Shown: positions 11,601-25,279 of the stretch, in pieces
Layout: each line of letters starts with the position of its first letter
How positions within the stretch are numbered: position 1 is the stretch's first letter
Assembly (NCBI GenBank): GCA_036172245.1
Contig: JAYWIR010000002.1
Location: 6,572,001 to 6,636,000 of the forward strand
DNA: 64,000 nt
From: Raillietiella orientalis
Lineage: Eukaryota
Reading direction: 5' to 3'
Notes under the pieces: model-generated
The model's database searches: none
What the model was told of the DNA's origin: nothing
What the model saw: only the letters and a program-made list of their open reading frames with translations
Program-made: the position numbers and the translations under genes

Positions 11601-14600
11601 CAGCGATCCTCTGGGAGCCGAAAGAAATCTGGAATCTATATAACACTTCTGACCATTCTTTGTTGTTCAAGATTGAAAAAGCCTCCTGTTATTAGCTACT
11701 CTTCCATGTACCTTCTTTCCGTACTTGTTCATAGCGGGTGCAAACTTTTCCGTCATCCCGTATACATTCTGATGATGTGTATGTGTTATCTTGTCTGTAC
11801 CTCCACACAGTACCCCGCGCCTTGGATGTGTTAGGTATCGCGGGAAGAGGGAAACTCGAAACGAAAATGAAACGCGCGGGACATGGCACAGGAAGTGCCT
11901 TGGGAAGAAGACGCACACACTTTGGAGGCAGCCACTGGTTTTAATCTGATCCCTTCGAACTTGAGGAAGCCACCGCATCTCTGTGTGGATGGTGGATTCG
12001 ACGTAGCAAACCTGATGGTGACGACTACTCCGTGGACTGCGAACCACGAGGAATCCATCCAGAAGAGGTCATTTTGATCGGGTCCTCTGTTAACCCCCTT
12101 GAGCATTGAGCCAAGTTGTCCGACCATTCGCCAAGCCAGCCTCTACCATCTTGCCCAAGTCGGTCCTCCTGCTTTTGGTGGGTGATCTCTCTGGGTCGAG
12201 TCCCGAAGAGCCTTGGTGTGGGACGCTTCGCCTTCGCATCTGAAGCGGGAAATGAGACTGGCTCCCACCCGTGTGAATCCTTGCCTCAGGGGTGAGCGTG
12301 TTACCGCCTCGATGAAAACCCCGGGATCGCCCCCGTCTCCTCGACTTTCAGCTCTTCCCTCTGTCACCGCCTCCTACGCTCCCTCGTCCCCGCCTCTCCG
12401 CCCAGACGAGACGCCTTCTGGTTCCCCTGCGTGCGTCCGAGTCCGCCATCTGAAGACAGTGCTCCTTCTGTCCGCACCTCGAGAGGGAAAATTTCGGGGA
12501 TCCTGGACTGCCGGCCACAGCAGGAGCAGATTCCGCTTCCAGCAAGGGCGCTCCCCTGGCGGTGGTGGCCCGGGTCGTCGGATGCGTCCTCTTGGGGCGG
12601 GAGGAGAGAGGGGCCGACTGGGAGGAGGGCAAGAGGGAGAGAACGGCATGCCACTCACGGGTGGGTTCGCTTGCTGAATTGCTCGGCCCGAGACGGGCGC
12701 TTCGGAGACAGGAGGAGAAATTCCTCCTCCGTACTTGGAGGGCGCCGCCGGAGCTCGGAGGAGGGCGAGGGACCCCGTGCCACTCCACGCCACTGCGCCC
12801 CGCCTTGTCTTCCTCTGCAAGACGGCGGAATTGGAAGCGGGAAATCCCCGCATCCCCTCTCCCGTTCCGCTCCTTTTTTTCCGGACCAATAGTCACGCCT
12901 CCCTTCCCTTTCCCTCCCGTTTCTGGAAATAGCCCCACTTATCAACTCGGCTTCCCCTCACTATGATGCTCCGTCATCATCGCTCTCGTGTATGTGGGAG
13001 GGATCCTTGCCGTCTCCTCCTGAGGGCGTGAGAAAGCAAAGCCAAACAATGCAGTCCGCGCAAACAGCGAGACGGCAAACGCCCAATCAGGTATGCAACC
13101 ATGACAACAACAACAGCAGCAGCAGCAATACGAAGACAACGGCTATTTCTTGCTGAAGATGAAAAATTGCACGTGAAGGGAAACGAGAGCAGATGATGCC
13201 GGTGCAGAGACCGTCCTGGAGCAGCCGCCTCCTGGCTTTCACGTACGTCCCTCCGCCCGCTTTTGGGGGAGTCAAGAAAGTCGGAAGGTTCGATGAAGGT
13301 CCGGGAAGAATTCACGGACCCCTGAGGTAGGCACGGCGTCTCCTCCACGAGGCTGGGGCCGATGCAGTGCAGCAGCGGAGGAATGGGTCCGCTGCCACGG
13401 GTGGGTTAAGGTGGCGGTGGTGGTCCTGATGGCGTTGTGGACCACCACCAGGATGACCGGATCAGCATTCTGCAGATCGGAGGCGTTCTCGAGAAAACTC
13501 GGCGACTGGTCCATGCCGTGGTCTCCCGCCGGCGCTTGGCACGGGGAGAGGGGGCAGGAGTAAAAGCTGTTGCCGAGGAGGGTGTGGACGAGACTTCCCC
13601 ACTTCCTGGAGAAGGAGAACCACGCGCCTTCGGTGAGGTTCCTCGCGGCGACAGCGACGGCCCTGTGCCAGGGAACTGAGACCTTCCTCCAGACGCACCC
13701 CAGGTGGTGCGCGGTGAAGATCAATGAGCCCACGAAGACGGTTACAAGCAGGGCGCGAAGGACGCCCGCCAGCCTCCTGCTCTCTAAGAGCTGCGCGAGC
13801 GGGAGAGGCGCTCAGACCGGCACTGCAAGGAGGTCCAGAGGACTGGCCGCGCTTCTCAGGCGTTGCCAATGTCTCCTCGTGGTCTCCGCTCTCCCGAAAC
13901 GGAGAGCTCGGTCTCTTCCCAGAGCCCTGCGCTCGGAGAGGCATCAACTCCCCGGTCAGGTTGCTTGAGGATAACCGGAACGCCGAAGGACTGCACGCCA
14001 CCGCTGCTTTCGGTGGTGGCAGCGTCGTCCGAGCACGTGGCGGGGTGCCAAGTACCAGGCGCCGGGAAGCCGAAAGAGGGAACGCATTCGCCTCCGCCGT
14101 TTCCGTCTCCTCCCTGGGCGGAGGGTGCGGGAAGGCCGCCGAACCGCTGGCGCCCCCAAAAGCGCAGCTGCGGCACGGCGCGATGCGACGCCGAAGCGTT
14201 TCGCCGCTGCGGAGCTCTCGCGCATACTCACCTCTAGGAGGAGGAAGGGGGGGGAGGGAGCTCGAACAGAAATTCGGGGCGACCTGCCCGGCTCTGCCGC
14301 GGACGAGCGGCAGCCGTTCCGCGGCGCCTCGCGCTCTTCCGGACTCCGTGTCCCGGCGAAGCCCGCTCGCTCCCTCTCGCTGCCAGCGAGCCAACCTCGC
14401 GGGACGCTTCCATCCCGTTCCGCTCGGTTCGCCCCTGAGGCGGCCCGACGTCCCAGGGAACGGACGTTGCCTCTCGCCTGTCCCCGCCTCCCCTTTTCAG
14501 AGCTCGGGAGGAAGCAGGCGGACGTGACCCTCTTCCCGCCGGTGGTGGTGTTCCGACTCCGCTCGGTCGGCCACTCGGCCATCTCGTCACGCGCGCCTCT

Positions 14601-15730
14601 TCCCGCAACCCGCATTTTTCCACGTGGGAATATCGGGAGTGGCTGACTGCTCGGACAGCTCATTTTCACCTTGGGATCTCCCCAGCCGGGGAATCTCGGG
14701 GGGAGAGCGCGCTCGCGCGCGTCTCCCCCTCTTCCCCTGAGGTGAAGTGGTCCACCCCCAAGAGGGGAGAGGGGGGGGGGAGCGCGCCTGCTGGCTCCCC
14801 CGGCTCCTCGGTCGGGCGATCGCAAACAGCAATTCATCCGGACGGGATCGTTGTCAGCAGTTGATATCGGACTTCACACCGCGGGAGACGTCCTTCCCTC
14901 CCCCGCGGCGTCATTCCACGGAGATGGAAGCGCGCGATAAGGACCGAGAGCGGAGCGGTGACGTCAGGACAGATGTGGGCCACCAGGTGTCGCGCGGCTG
15001 CCGGCGGAGCGAAAACAACAAGCGGGATAAGTGAATCAGAGACGCGCCCGTTGCGCGAATCGAAGCGGCGGGAGGACCTGCAGATTCCCGCGGAGGGCGA
15101 GCGGGCTCTTCGTGGGGGAGGAGAAGAAGCAGGAGGAGGAGGAGAAAAGATCACAACAATCGATAAGATCGCCATTGTTACTGGAGCTTTATCTTATCTG
15201 GTCATCTCATCTCCATTTGTTTAACCCCGAGAGCGCAATCACGCGGACGTTTCTTTCCTTCAACGCACGCCCTCCGCTCTCAGAGTAAACACGGCGCCTC
15301 CCAGGAACTGAATTGCGAGAGGAGGGACCTCTCCAGAGGTGCTAATGCTGGGAAGACCAACGTGTCAATAAAGCTAATTCCTAGCGATTCGTTTTAATTG
15401 GCTTCGCGACTCGACCCGTTTTTCTTTTTTTTTTTGGCTTCTTTTTTAATCAACGAGCCACGTGTTCCACCTTGTGATCACGTGATCCAATCCCATTCCC
15501 GCGAAGGAATCGGGGAAGGGGAAAATCGCTGACGACCGGAACACCCCTGAGGAACGAACTGAACCAAGAGAAGCAGGGACGGAGGAAGCGCTCGGAGCCA
15601 GTCAGGACAGATTTCGGCTCCAAAAATGCCCGGCTCCCCATACGGACGGACAGGGGGAAAGGGTTGGATCCACAGATCGCACCTCAAGACTCCCCCCGTC
15701 CCCACTTCTGATGCACGCTCGTCCTGCATT

Positions 15731-16300
15731 GCACCGGCCTTGTGGCCGCCGCCGTCGCGCATGACACTGTGCTGCGGGTTCGAATCTCGCCCGGAGAAGG
15801 ATCAACGCCGAGAATGAGGGGTGCATCGTGGGTTTTGAATCTCCCCCGGGGATGACGCTGGGTGACTTCGGATGGCTTTAGGTACGGCACTGGGGAAAGC
15901 TGGATGCTCCGTTGACTGGCCTCCGGGATTGGAAGCTGACCCTCCGGGACATCAAAGAACCCTTCAGGGTATCCTCCCTCCGGTTTCGAAAGCGAGTCCG
16001 TCCCATGGAGCTGGTTGGCACCCTCCTCCCAGGGGGGTATGTCTTCAGAGCGTCAACAAGTCCCCTTCAGAGAAACTAGGAAGCATTCCTTCGGGGGGTT
16101 CTCTTCAGTGGAGGACACCAGGAGCGGTTCTTTTGAGGCTGCCCTCCGGAGAAGAAATTCCAGGAGCGGATCCTCTCTCTTGAGAGAATAAATAATAGAC
16201 CGGCCTCCACTAGCCGGGGGGTTCCTCTGGAGAAAATGAGGGTGAGGGTTTCCTTAGGAGTTGCTTCCCAAGCGTAAGAGGAACGGAACCCTCCCTAACC
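15731..16300 (+). mobile_element. tRNA-derived SINE-like repeat, copy 2
   Basis: GCGGG-TTCGAAT-CTCGC T-arm at ~15774-15790; collinear with copy 1 (e.g. CCATGGAGCTGGTTGG vs CCATGGGGCTGGTTGG, GAGGACAC..GGAGCGGT, GGCCTCCAC.AGCCGG). Confidence 0.75.
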
Positions 16301-16339
16301 ATCGGGCTCAGTGCTGGCGAGTCCGCTGGCGAGTCCAGG

Positions 16340-19300
16340 AAATGTCCCTGGTACTCGTCACGCAAAGCTGAGGTGAGCGCTCTTCTTGACTGCCGCCTTT
16401 TTGCGAGAGAGTATCTCCCTCAAGCCATCCTTCCAGAGCGAGGTTGGTTTTGAAGCTGAACTTGGGAGCCGCGGCAGAAGTTCGCCTCGAGCTCCTGAAT
16501 CGTAATCTCCGGCGGCGTTCTGCTGTGTGCAAAGTCAGCCCCACCGAGCACGAAGGCATCCCAACATCTGCAACTGTTCCCCCTCGCTGGGAACGCGGAT
16601 CGATGGTTCCCTGCATCCACTATCAGAGAAGTTGGGAGACGATCTCGAGGTAGCTCCTTTAACGAGTTCCTCCAACTTGGGATGCTTCTCCGGGGAGGAG
16701 CTGCTGAGAGTGGACCGAACCGAATCTTCTCTGATCGATGCTGCTGCCCGGGCATTGCGTCCGCCTGTAACCTCTCCGTTGCGCGTACACGACGATGGGC
16801 CGCGAGCTGCAGGTGCTTGCGGTTCTCACCTTCCCCGTGACCTCAGCACGAGGTCCTGCCGCCAACAACCCCCAACCTGCTTTCCATAAGGATCCACGGT
16901 TCCTCTCGCTAGAAAAGAACGTCCCGGCCCACTGCAAGTTTCCAGAAGGACTTTGCTAACCTTGGGGATACAACAGTTCTACTCATCTTTTCTTTTTTTC
17001 CTCTTAGCAGCTCCATTTAACTTTTTCAGGATTTGGAACTGCGTCGCATATCCCTTTCGATAGGGGAGGAAGAAAAAGGAACTTTCGGTGCACTGGCTGT
17101 TCCGCAGTCGCCATCGAACCCTCCGCGAATAGACCATGGAGGAGTGGATGTTGGTCCACGAGCCTGCTTCACTTCAGCCACTGCGGTCGTTGTCACCCCC
17201 ACAGGAATCTTCCGATGACGGAGCACACTTTTTGGATCAGCGATTTCTTTCAATATCCCCCTATCCTGGATCTTGGGGATTCGTTTTCTCATCCACCGCT
17301 GGAGGACTCTCCTGCAGCGCTCCACCCAACTCGTGTTCCTTCGACACCTTGACGAAAGGACCTACGATGCACTCGCAGCATCCTCCAAAGCATGAACGGA
17401 ATGAACGGAGTTTATTCAAAATAAATCACGAAGGAGCGGAGTCATCAGCAAGTTCGTGGGCCCTCGTAAATGCGAACCCCGCTTTGGAGAGCACGCGCGA
17501 AGGCTTCCTCAACCCACCTGCCTGCCACTGCCGTGGAGGACCTCTTCCTCTTCACGAAAAAAAGACTCTCCCATCAGTATGCAGGTGCCGTGTTTTCTAA
17601 TCAAGATTTCCCACCGAAGTCCACGAGTGGTCACGCCCCGCTCATTTCAACAATTCGCTGGCGATGAGAGTAGTCTCTTCGTGGGCGCAGGCCCGTGAAG
17701 ATGCGGAAGGGAGGAAGGGCAGGACGTCATTGTAGCAAAGCGGTTTTGCTTTCCAGCTAGAACCAGGAAGAAGTGAGGGGCTTTGGCGAGGCTTCGAAGA
17801 GCTTGGCTTCCTCTTCTTGAAGAAGCGCTCAGACCGCTCGGGAGGATGCAGGTCGGGGATCTGTCCGTTTTCAGAGATGTCTCGGGGATGATGAGAGCTC
17901 TTTAGAGAGCCCGCCTTAGAGAGCGATGCACAGTGACGGAAACCGCGGATGATTCCACTTGGAGCAGCAGCCGAAGGAAAACGCATTGCTGCAGCGAGAA
18001 GGAAGATGAGAGCAAAGTGGATGGAAGGGAGGGGGGAGGAACGGTTCAGCAAGTGCCAGGATCGGCCAGGCAAGCCGTGAGTCATAATGGCCATTATCAT
18101 TACCATTTCGTCATAACCATAGACGGAATTTATTACAATGAGTGCGAGTTCCGCAGAAAGAAAAATGACCTCGAAATGGCTTCAGTTCATAAATAGCTGT
18201 CGCCTAGGACCGCAGCTAACGTCCGCACTTTCCGGCACCTCTTCTTTCGCTCCTCGCCCTGCTGTCTCGTTTCTGGACTGGATGCAGGCATCATGGGTCC
18301 AACAAGCAAGCGTTCGAGTCGGAAGGCCATTCCCAGCCCTTGCGGCGAAGGAATCTTCCTTCCGACCTTGGAACGGGAAGACTTTCATCCACCTGCAAAT
18401 AACCTGCTCAGGAACGCATTCCGGGACGTCCGGGAAGAAAAAAGAAAACCAAAAAGGTGAAACGCGCGGTATTTGAGGGGCGGGATACGAATCGCAGCTG
18501 AAGACCTTCGTCCACAGGGCTTTCAGAGATGGCGGGACGCAATATCAAGAAGAAGACCACGTGAGTTTTGGCCCCAATCCCTTTTCATCCCCGAGACTGA
18601 GTCCTTTGAAGATCGTTACCAGGAATTCGCTGCGAAGGATGCGGGGAGGGTTCAGCTCTAGGGCAACAGTATCGCGCCTTCCATCGTAGGGAGGGCGATC
18701 GCATGTTCGTGATCTGCCGAGATCAGCTGGACCCACATCTTCGAGGATTTCTGAGATTCCGAAGAACGCTGACCCGGAGAGCTTGGGAGTTCGCTCTGAA
18801 GCTGGCAGCTGCCGTCGTTCCTGAAGCTCCCGGAACAGCTTCCGCGCGTGCGTGTCGCAGCTGGTTAGCACAAGACGGGATGAGGAAGGCTCGAAGTGCC
18901 CACGGAGGTGGGTGAATCAATGGAGACAACGGGAGGAAGGAGGCAGAGTAGGGGACGTAGGTGACCCGGAGTGATGGATGAGGATGGTAGCCACTGTCAT
19001 CCGCGCGACAGGAAGATACTCGGCTGCGGAGTGAAAGCACCGGCTCGAACTCGGTGATGCGCGCAGCTTCCGCCTCCCATTTCGAGCTCGAGAGATCCAA
19101 GGATGGGCTCGGCGCCGGCGGACTAACCCTCCGAGATCGGCGGCGCACGCGGACGCTGTCCTCCGGAGAGATATCCGTACCGGATCGCCATTCTTTCAGG
19201 ATCGCGAGACCGAGAGCCATGCGTGCTCGGGTGTTCTCATGAACGTAAATCTTCTCAACAGTGCTTTTTTATCGATCCGAGATCTCTTGTCATACACATC

Positions 19301-20300
19301 ATTCAAGTGATGTAATCTTTTGACGGTTTGATCGGCTCTCGAATCCTCCAAGAGTGGCGACTTTCGTTTCCGTCCCCTCTCGCCGAGATTGGAAGTCCCC
19401 CCCCTCCGAACTTTTTTTTCTCCCCCCTTTTTCGCTTTTTTCCTTTCTTCCTTCCCGTGGTTTCCGATTTTCTCGATCGCTTGGCCTTCGCGATTCGGCC
19501 GCGATCTCCGTGCTGCCGGGCGCATACTGGAGCAGCAGCAGCAAACACCGGTTTACTACTGATTTGGCAAAAATGGGTTCGATGGGGATCGCCCCGGAAT
19601 CCCTGCATTTCCCTAAACCTCACGGATTCGAAAACTCCCATATTCGAATTCTATTTATAGCCTCCTTATTTGCGCAAGAATTCGAGGATTTCGTGCGGGG
19701 AGCAGTCTGCCTCTTCCATCGCGCTTCCCGATCCCCCTCTGTGGAGGCAGCACGTCAAAAAGGTTCGCTCCGTCTGGAAAACAAAGTCCTCCTTTTCCCG
19801 CTCCCCGCTTGCCATCCAGCCGTTGGGGAGAGCGCAGCCTTGCGAGGCTTGTCACGGGCGCTTCCCCTCTTCTGTTGGTGGCTTTTATGAGATTTCCGCG
19901 AGATCCCTTCAATCAAAGAAGATGGACTTTCGAAGGCTTTTCCGGGCAAACCTGCGTCGTGCTCCCGAATATCAATCAGCAGCATCTGCGTTCGAGAGGG
20001 AAGCACCGACGCCTTCTTCCAGAAGCTACACCTGAGAATAGGAATTGCCACAGCAGTCCGGATGAGCAGCAAGATGCCGCCACGCAGCACTCGCTCCCGC
20101 TTGCTGCTCTCGAAAGGGGAATACCCAGGCGGTGGCGCCCACCGGCTGCCAGAGTCCCTCACGAAATAAGAGAACTCTTTTGGGATCCTCACCTGCTGTT
20201 CTCGCTAGTTCGCCTGCCTTCCTTCAGTCTTGTTAGTGTCTTATCTCTGAAGAAGAGCTCATGGGACGACTTTGCACAAGCAAGAGCTCCAGTGGCATCG
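16340..20300 (-). mobile_element. Decayed LINE fossil (APE and linker), abutting SINE copy 2
   Basis: PPPGYSPFESSKRERVLRGGILLLIR (~20060-20145; APE 'GY..R..GGV' motif), RRVLQRWMRKRI (linker-like), EITIQELEA (cf. pre-RT 'ITxxEL'). May be more than one element. Confidence 0.4.
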
Positions 20301-20899
20301 GCGTGGGTCAACAACGCCCCTGGACCTCGTTTTCATTCTCTCTCTCGTGCGTGTTACGAATCCCAGGCGTTTCCTCCCCAAACTACTCTGTTTCCTCTTT
20401 GTGAGTTCCAGGATTTTATTTTGGTACTCAGGGGAGAGCAGTCTTCTTCCTGCTAATTTTCCTTTTGTCGACTACTCTAATGGCATTGCACGAGAGGTGT
20501 AGAGTCCTTTAGAAGCGCTCAGAGGTGAGCAAGTTCCAAAGACTCTGGAGAGTCTTCGTGCCGCTTCGGAGAAGCATGAATGATTGCCGAATACGTGATA
20601 TCAATTGCTAAGGCGAAGGGCAGCTATGAAATCAGAACACAATGCAGCATCCAAAATCCTAAGATAACGTTTGAGCGTCCAGCTCGAGAAAGTCTCCTTG
20701 AGAGTATCCCTGGATTCCTGTCCAATCTACGCCTTGTCGAGACACAAAAATACAGCACATGAACCTCATGAGCGCGTTCGAGCACATGTGCAAACAAACA
20801 CACGAGCGAAACAACAACTGAAGCTCCTGAGACGAAGGCTCACGACAACGACTCGGACATTCTGAGAGATGCTACTCGTTCCATCACTGGAGTCAAACA

Positions 20900-21800
20900 A
20901 CCAAAAGCATCCAAGTCAAGTGATAATGCCCGATATCTGAGCCTCCCTGGATGCCCGGATGACCGTGGGTGCTCTGCTGCTCCAGAAGACCTTCCTTGCT
21001 TCCAGGTCTCAGAAAGCCATGTCCTCGCCTTCTCCCCGCTCTGCCTGTGAGTGTGGGTTTCCCGTGGAACGTGTTGAACTTTGCTCTGTGCGACCTCCTG
21101 TTTGCCAAATGTCCTTGACTCATCCCTGAAAAAAATGAAGATTTACCCTAGCTTGATTCTGCCTGGAATCCCGCTGTAACGAATTTTCTGGAAGCTCAAC
21201 GTCGGGAGCAAAGTTCCTTTGCATGTGCTCGACACATTGGTATCCTCGAACGTCTCTTCGATGCGAAGCACTTCACTGTGAATGCAGCAGGGACTCTTGT
21301 GATGGCACCGAGTCCAACCACAACCCTCAGATGAATTCAGAAGCCTGGACAAGCGCATACAGCAGATTCAGGGCTCGGTTAGTCGAAGCGAAACCCAAGC
21401 CACCCTAGGACAGTGAGCCTGGAAGCACGGGGTGCAAGAAACCACTGCTCGATTGTGACTCACGCGCTCCCCCTGCAGCTGCGTTGACCACAGTCGCGTT
21501 CGGGAGCCCCGAGAGAACGCTTCTCGATACAAATAAAAATAAATAATGCCTCGATCATGAGCTGAAAAGGAGCCAAGAACTCCACAGTGTTTCTTCCTTC
21601 CGCTCTTGTGATTGTCTCCTTTTCTCATTGTCTCGAAAGAGACGCTGTGTGGGCCTTTGGAAAGAGGGAAGGCGAGTTTTTAATTTGCTTGTTCACTTAA
21701 AGAGGGACACTCCTTCCCTGGAGTAGCGAGTCACCATTTTGAAGACAAACCGCGTGCCAGCACTCGACGAGCCAAATAGTCTTTTCCCGGTGAGTATGAA
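20900..21800 (-). mobile_element. Decayed non-LTR reverse transcriptase fragment
   Basis: Minus strand AAGGCCCACACAGCGTCTCT (cf. KAYDSVS with an indel), YFYLYREAFSR, KIRYSGI (cf. IKYLGI), HPGIQGGSDI (cf. PxxxGGLGI) in order. Confidence 0.45.
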
Positions 21801-24800
21801 TTCTTTTCATTCTTAGTTTTATCCAAATTTTGCACGTGCACAGATGTTAGGGAGAAAATGCAACAGACAAACGGTAGCTGCTGCGCCCGAGGCTGTCCTT
21901 TCCAGCGTCAAACCTCCAAAACGAACACTGGAGTAGCCACTGGTGCCACCCTCAGACGTGTGGATTCCCCCGTAGACTTTGCTTCCATTAGACCGCGCCC
22001 AAAGGTTGCTTGGACGAACCCCTCCTCCGCACCAGACCTCCAGCACCACACTGGGGTAGCAGCTGGTGCCGCCGAGATTTACACTGGCAGCAGACCCCTC
22101 TGGGAGTGCTGCCTTTCCTTAGAGACGACCAACTCCCACTCGCCGGAACCTGACGTCCTCCGACGACGACGACGACGCGACTCCTGGAGGAAGGAACGGC
22201 CCTGACCCCGCAGTTGGGTACGGGCATGTGAGGATTGAGAGTCATCCATCCCCATGGACGGTCGTCTCGGCAGGAGGCCTACTGCCGATACTCCTCAACC
22301 GATTCCGACTTCAACAGCCACCGTCTTGCTCACCATGGCAACCGGCACCTCTCACGGAGTCCGATGAGCATCGCGTCGGGCGCGCTGCAGTCCAATGCGT
22401 GGTCTGTCTGCGGTTCTTCTTGACCAAGTGGTCCTGCCGGGAACTTTCACGGATCAAACAGCAGCCACAGGGTTTAAGACTAGGTCGGAGTCGTTTCGGC
22501 TCGAGGATCTCCCCCATACGTGAGCTTCCGCTTCGAGCAGAGCCCGCTATATCGAGGGAAACTTCGAAAGATTGCGGAGCATGGCAACCAGCCGCTGGTG
22601 GTTCGCCTTCCGGTCCTGAGCTCAGCGGATTTCCACCATCCCACCGGTTCTCCGCTCCTCAACTACTCCCGGTATTTCCAAAGGGTCTCCCTCTCTGAAC
22701 GAGAAGTGACACATTCGACGTCTTCAACTACACATCCTAGAAATGGTGCATGCACGAGAAAGCCATTTCTTTTTTAATGTGCACTTCTCGAAAAGTTTAA
22801 ATTCCATCCATCATTTTCCGGACCCCAAGATAGCAAGGAACTTACAAAAGCATTGCCCTTGGCTCTCTTGTCTTTTTCGGGTACTCGTTTGGAGTTAGCA
22901 TAGAGAGGCACTCCCTCTTTCGTCCTGCTCGCCTCTTCCAGCACTGCCCGTGAATGCTTGTAAGAGCAAGCGACGCCTGATAGGGTCGACTCCCTCTCGC
23001 TGTGTGGTAGTTCCAGCTTTGAGTCTATTCACGGGATGATCTGCTTGGCAGCTCCCTAATCCCATGTTTCAGGGCAGTCCTCCTGATCTGGAACAGTTCA
23101 GCTCGTCGTGCTAGTCCGCAATACCTGTCTTTCTGATGATGCATGATTGGCTATGTGACCCAGAAATCCCTTCCATCTTCCGCAGCATCTGCGGAGCCTA
23201 TCAGCTTCGTTCTCGGTGTGCAGTAATCTCACGGACTCAAGGGTGGGTAGCGGATCAAGGATGAATTTGTAAACAGCGAACCAAAAAAGTTCCTTCGTCT
23301 AATGGAAAGTGCCCTGCATCGGGAAGCTGCCCAACGTGGGATGCGGTCTTCTTACTTCAATCCGTCCACTTTTCCAATGGTGGGTGTCAGTCAGGTTGTC
23401 GAAAATCCAAAGACAGTGGTGAACGGTTGCTGTCGTTTCTCAACAACTTTATGAATACTGCTGGCTCCTCCCTTCCGTTTTGATGATCTCACGTGCCTGC
23501 GTGCTAGCGAAAGAGAGAGATCGGGACCGAGCATCATGGAGCACAATCCTTCCCTTCCAGGAATGGAGAGCCTATGGGAACGGTCAGGCAAGGGCAAGGA
23601 AGTCCTCCTCCCTTCTTCCCATCTTCTCTCTTCTCTTTCTCCTTCCTCTTTCTTCTCCTTTCCTCCTCCTGCAGGCTTCCTCTCCCCCAATTCTTTCTCC
23701 TCTTCGCCAGGATCTCCGCTGGAGAGCAGCGCACTGCAGACGCGGGAGTTTGCGCCGCCCGCGGATCAGCCTGCAATGCCGACGCGAGGAGAGGTCAGTT
23801 CCAGGGGATTCCTGCCTTCATCGTCATGCGTCCTCCCGGTGCAGCTCCTGTCTCCATTGGCCTCGTCGTTGCCCGCCACCGTGCTCGCCTTTCGGAGTTT
23901 CCGGGTCTGCGGATGAAGCTCGACCTTGGCGCTCTGGAACAATGAGGGAGGTCGCGGGGGTGCAGGGGACGCGGAGGGAGGGGCGCTGACAAAAACGAGA
24001 CGGAACAGTCGGAAGACAGGCGAAGCAAAAAAGGAAAAAAAAAGGAAAAAAACAGACGAAAAAGAGGGGTGGTTGGCATTTCTTTTTCCGCTCCCCTATT
24101 GCGCTCCCAATGAAGTCTCTATTCAGGGGAGCTGGGAGAGGGACGAGGGTCGCGTATCCCCACCAAATCTCTTAATGGGGGAGCGGAGGCAAAAAAAGGA
24201 AGAGGGCAACGGAGAAGCGGGTGTGATTTACGTCCTCCGGGACACTGAGAAGGCGATCCGGAGGTGAGGAGTAAGAATGGGGAAGGAGCGGAAAAGCTCT
24301 TTAGCGCGCGCGTCACCTTGGAGACAGTGGCATCCTGCGGAGCGCCAAATCTCGCCGTCGATGCTCCTGCCGTTGGCCCTCGACATTCCGCGCTCATCAG
24401 GAGTCACGCCTCTCCCCTGCGCTCCCGTCGTCCCCTCTGCCTCCCCTTGCGGACCTTAAGCTCGCTAACGCTCTCCCCCACCTGCGCATCGTGAGCACAT
24501 GACCTTGCCGCGTGATCCTCCCCCCCTCTTCTTCCGCCGCCACCACCCGCCGCTCACGAAAGAAGCGCGGGGGAGAGAGAATGCGTTCCGACAAGAAGGA
24601 AGAAGAGGCGAAGGGACAGGGAGAGGGTGAAAGGGCCAGATGGGAAGAAGCGGGCAGGGGAGAGACCACACCCATTGGGCTGGACCGCAGCTCGTTCGTC
24701 GCGGATAGCGCCCCAACTGCCCGCAGGAATCACTCCCCACCCTTTTGCGACACCGTTCTGCCCTCCCCCTGCATCGCGCAGTTCTCGCGGCAGAAAGAAA

Positions 24801-25279
24801 AGCCCTGCGGCCATCCAGACCGTGTCCTCCTGATCTCAGAGAGACTGGCACTCCCCGAAATTAGGGGGTAAGGACGCTCCCTCATTCGCAGGGGTGTCTC
24901 CACCATCGACTCCAACTCCCTTCCCAGTCTTTTATCTGCTTTCTTTCTGCTTCGCTTCTCTAGATGCCCACCCCTCCTTCTCCTCTCTTCTTCCCACTCT
25001 CCTCCTCCCTTCTTGCTTTTTCCTGTCTTCTCCTCTCTTCCCTCTTTTCGTTTCTGCTACTCCTTTCTTTCTCCTCACACCCATTCGAAAGAAAAGGGAG
25101 TCCGTGGTATTCATGCACTTCGACTCGTGTTCCGCTTCCCTTATTCCTTCCAACTCCTTCGCCCCGCTGGGGAGGGGGGGGGAAGGGTATTCTGTTCTTT
25201 TCCCGCTGTTCATATGCTTTCCTTGGGTGGAAGTCCACCCGTGTCAGGGCAGCAAGAAGCCTTGGCAGCAGATTGGGAG

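Noticed and set aside
13260..14530. Overlapping 130-310-aa ORFs suggesting a second gene
   Set aside because: No domain, no consistent splice structure; typical of high-GC non-coding DNA or TE debris.
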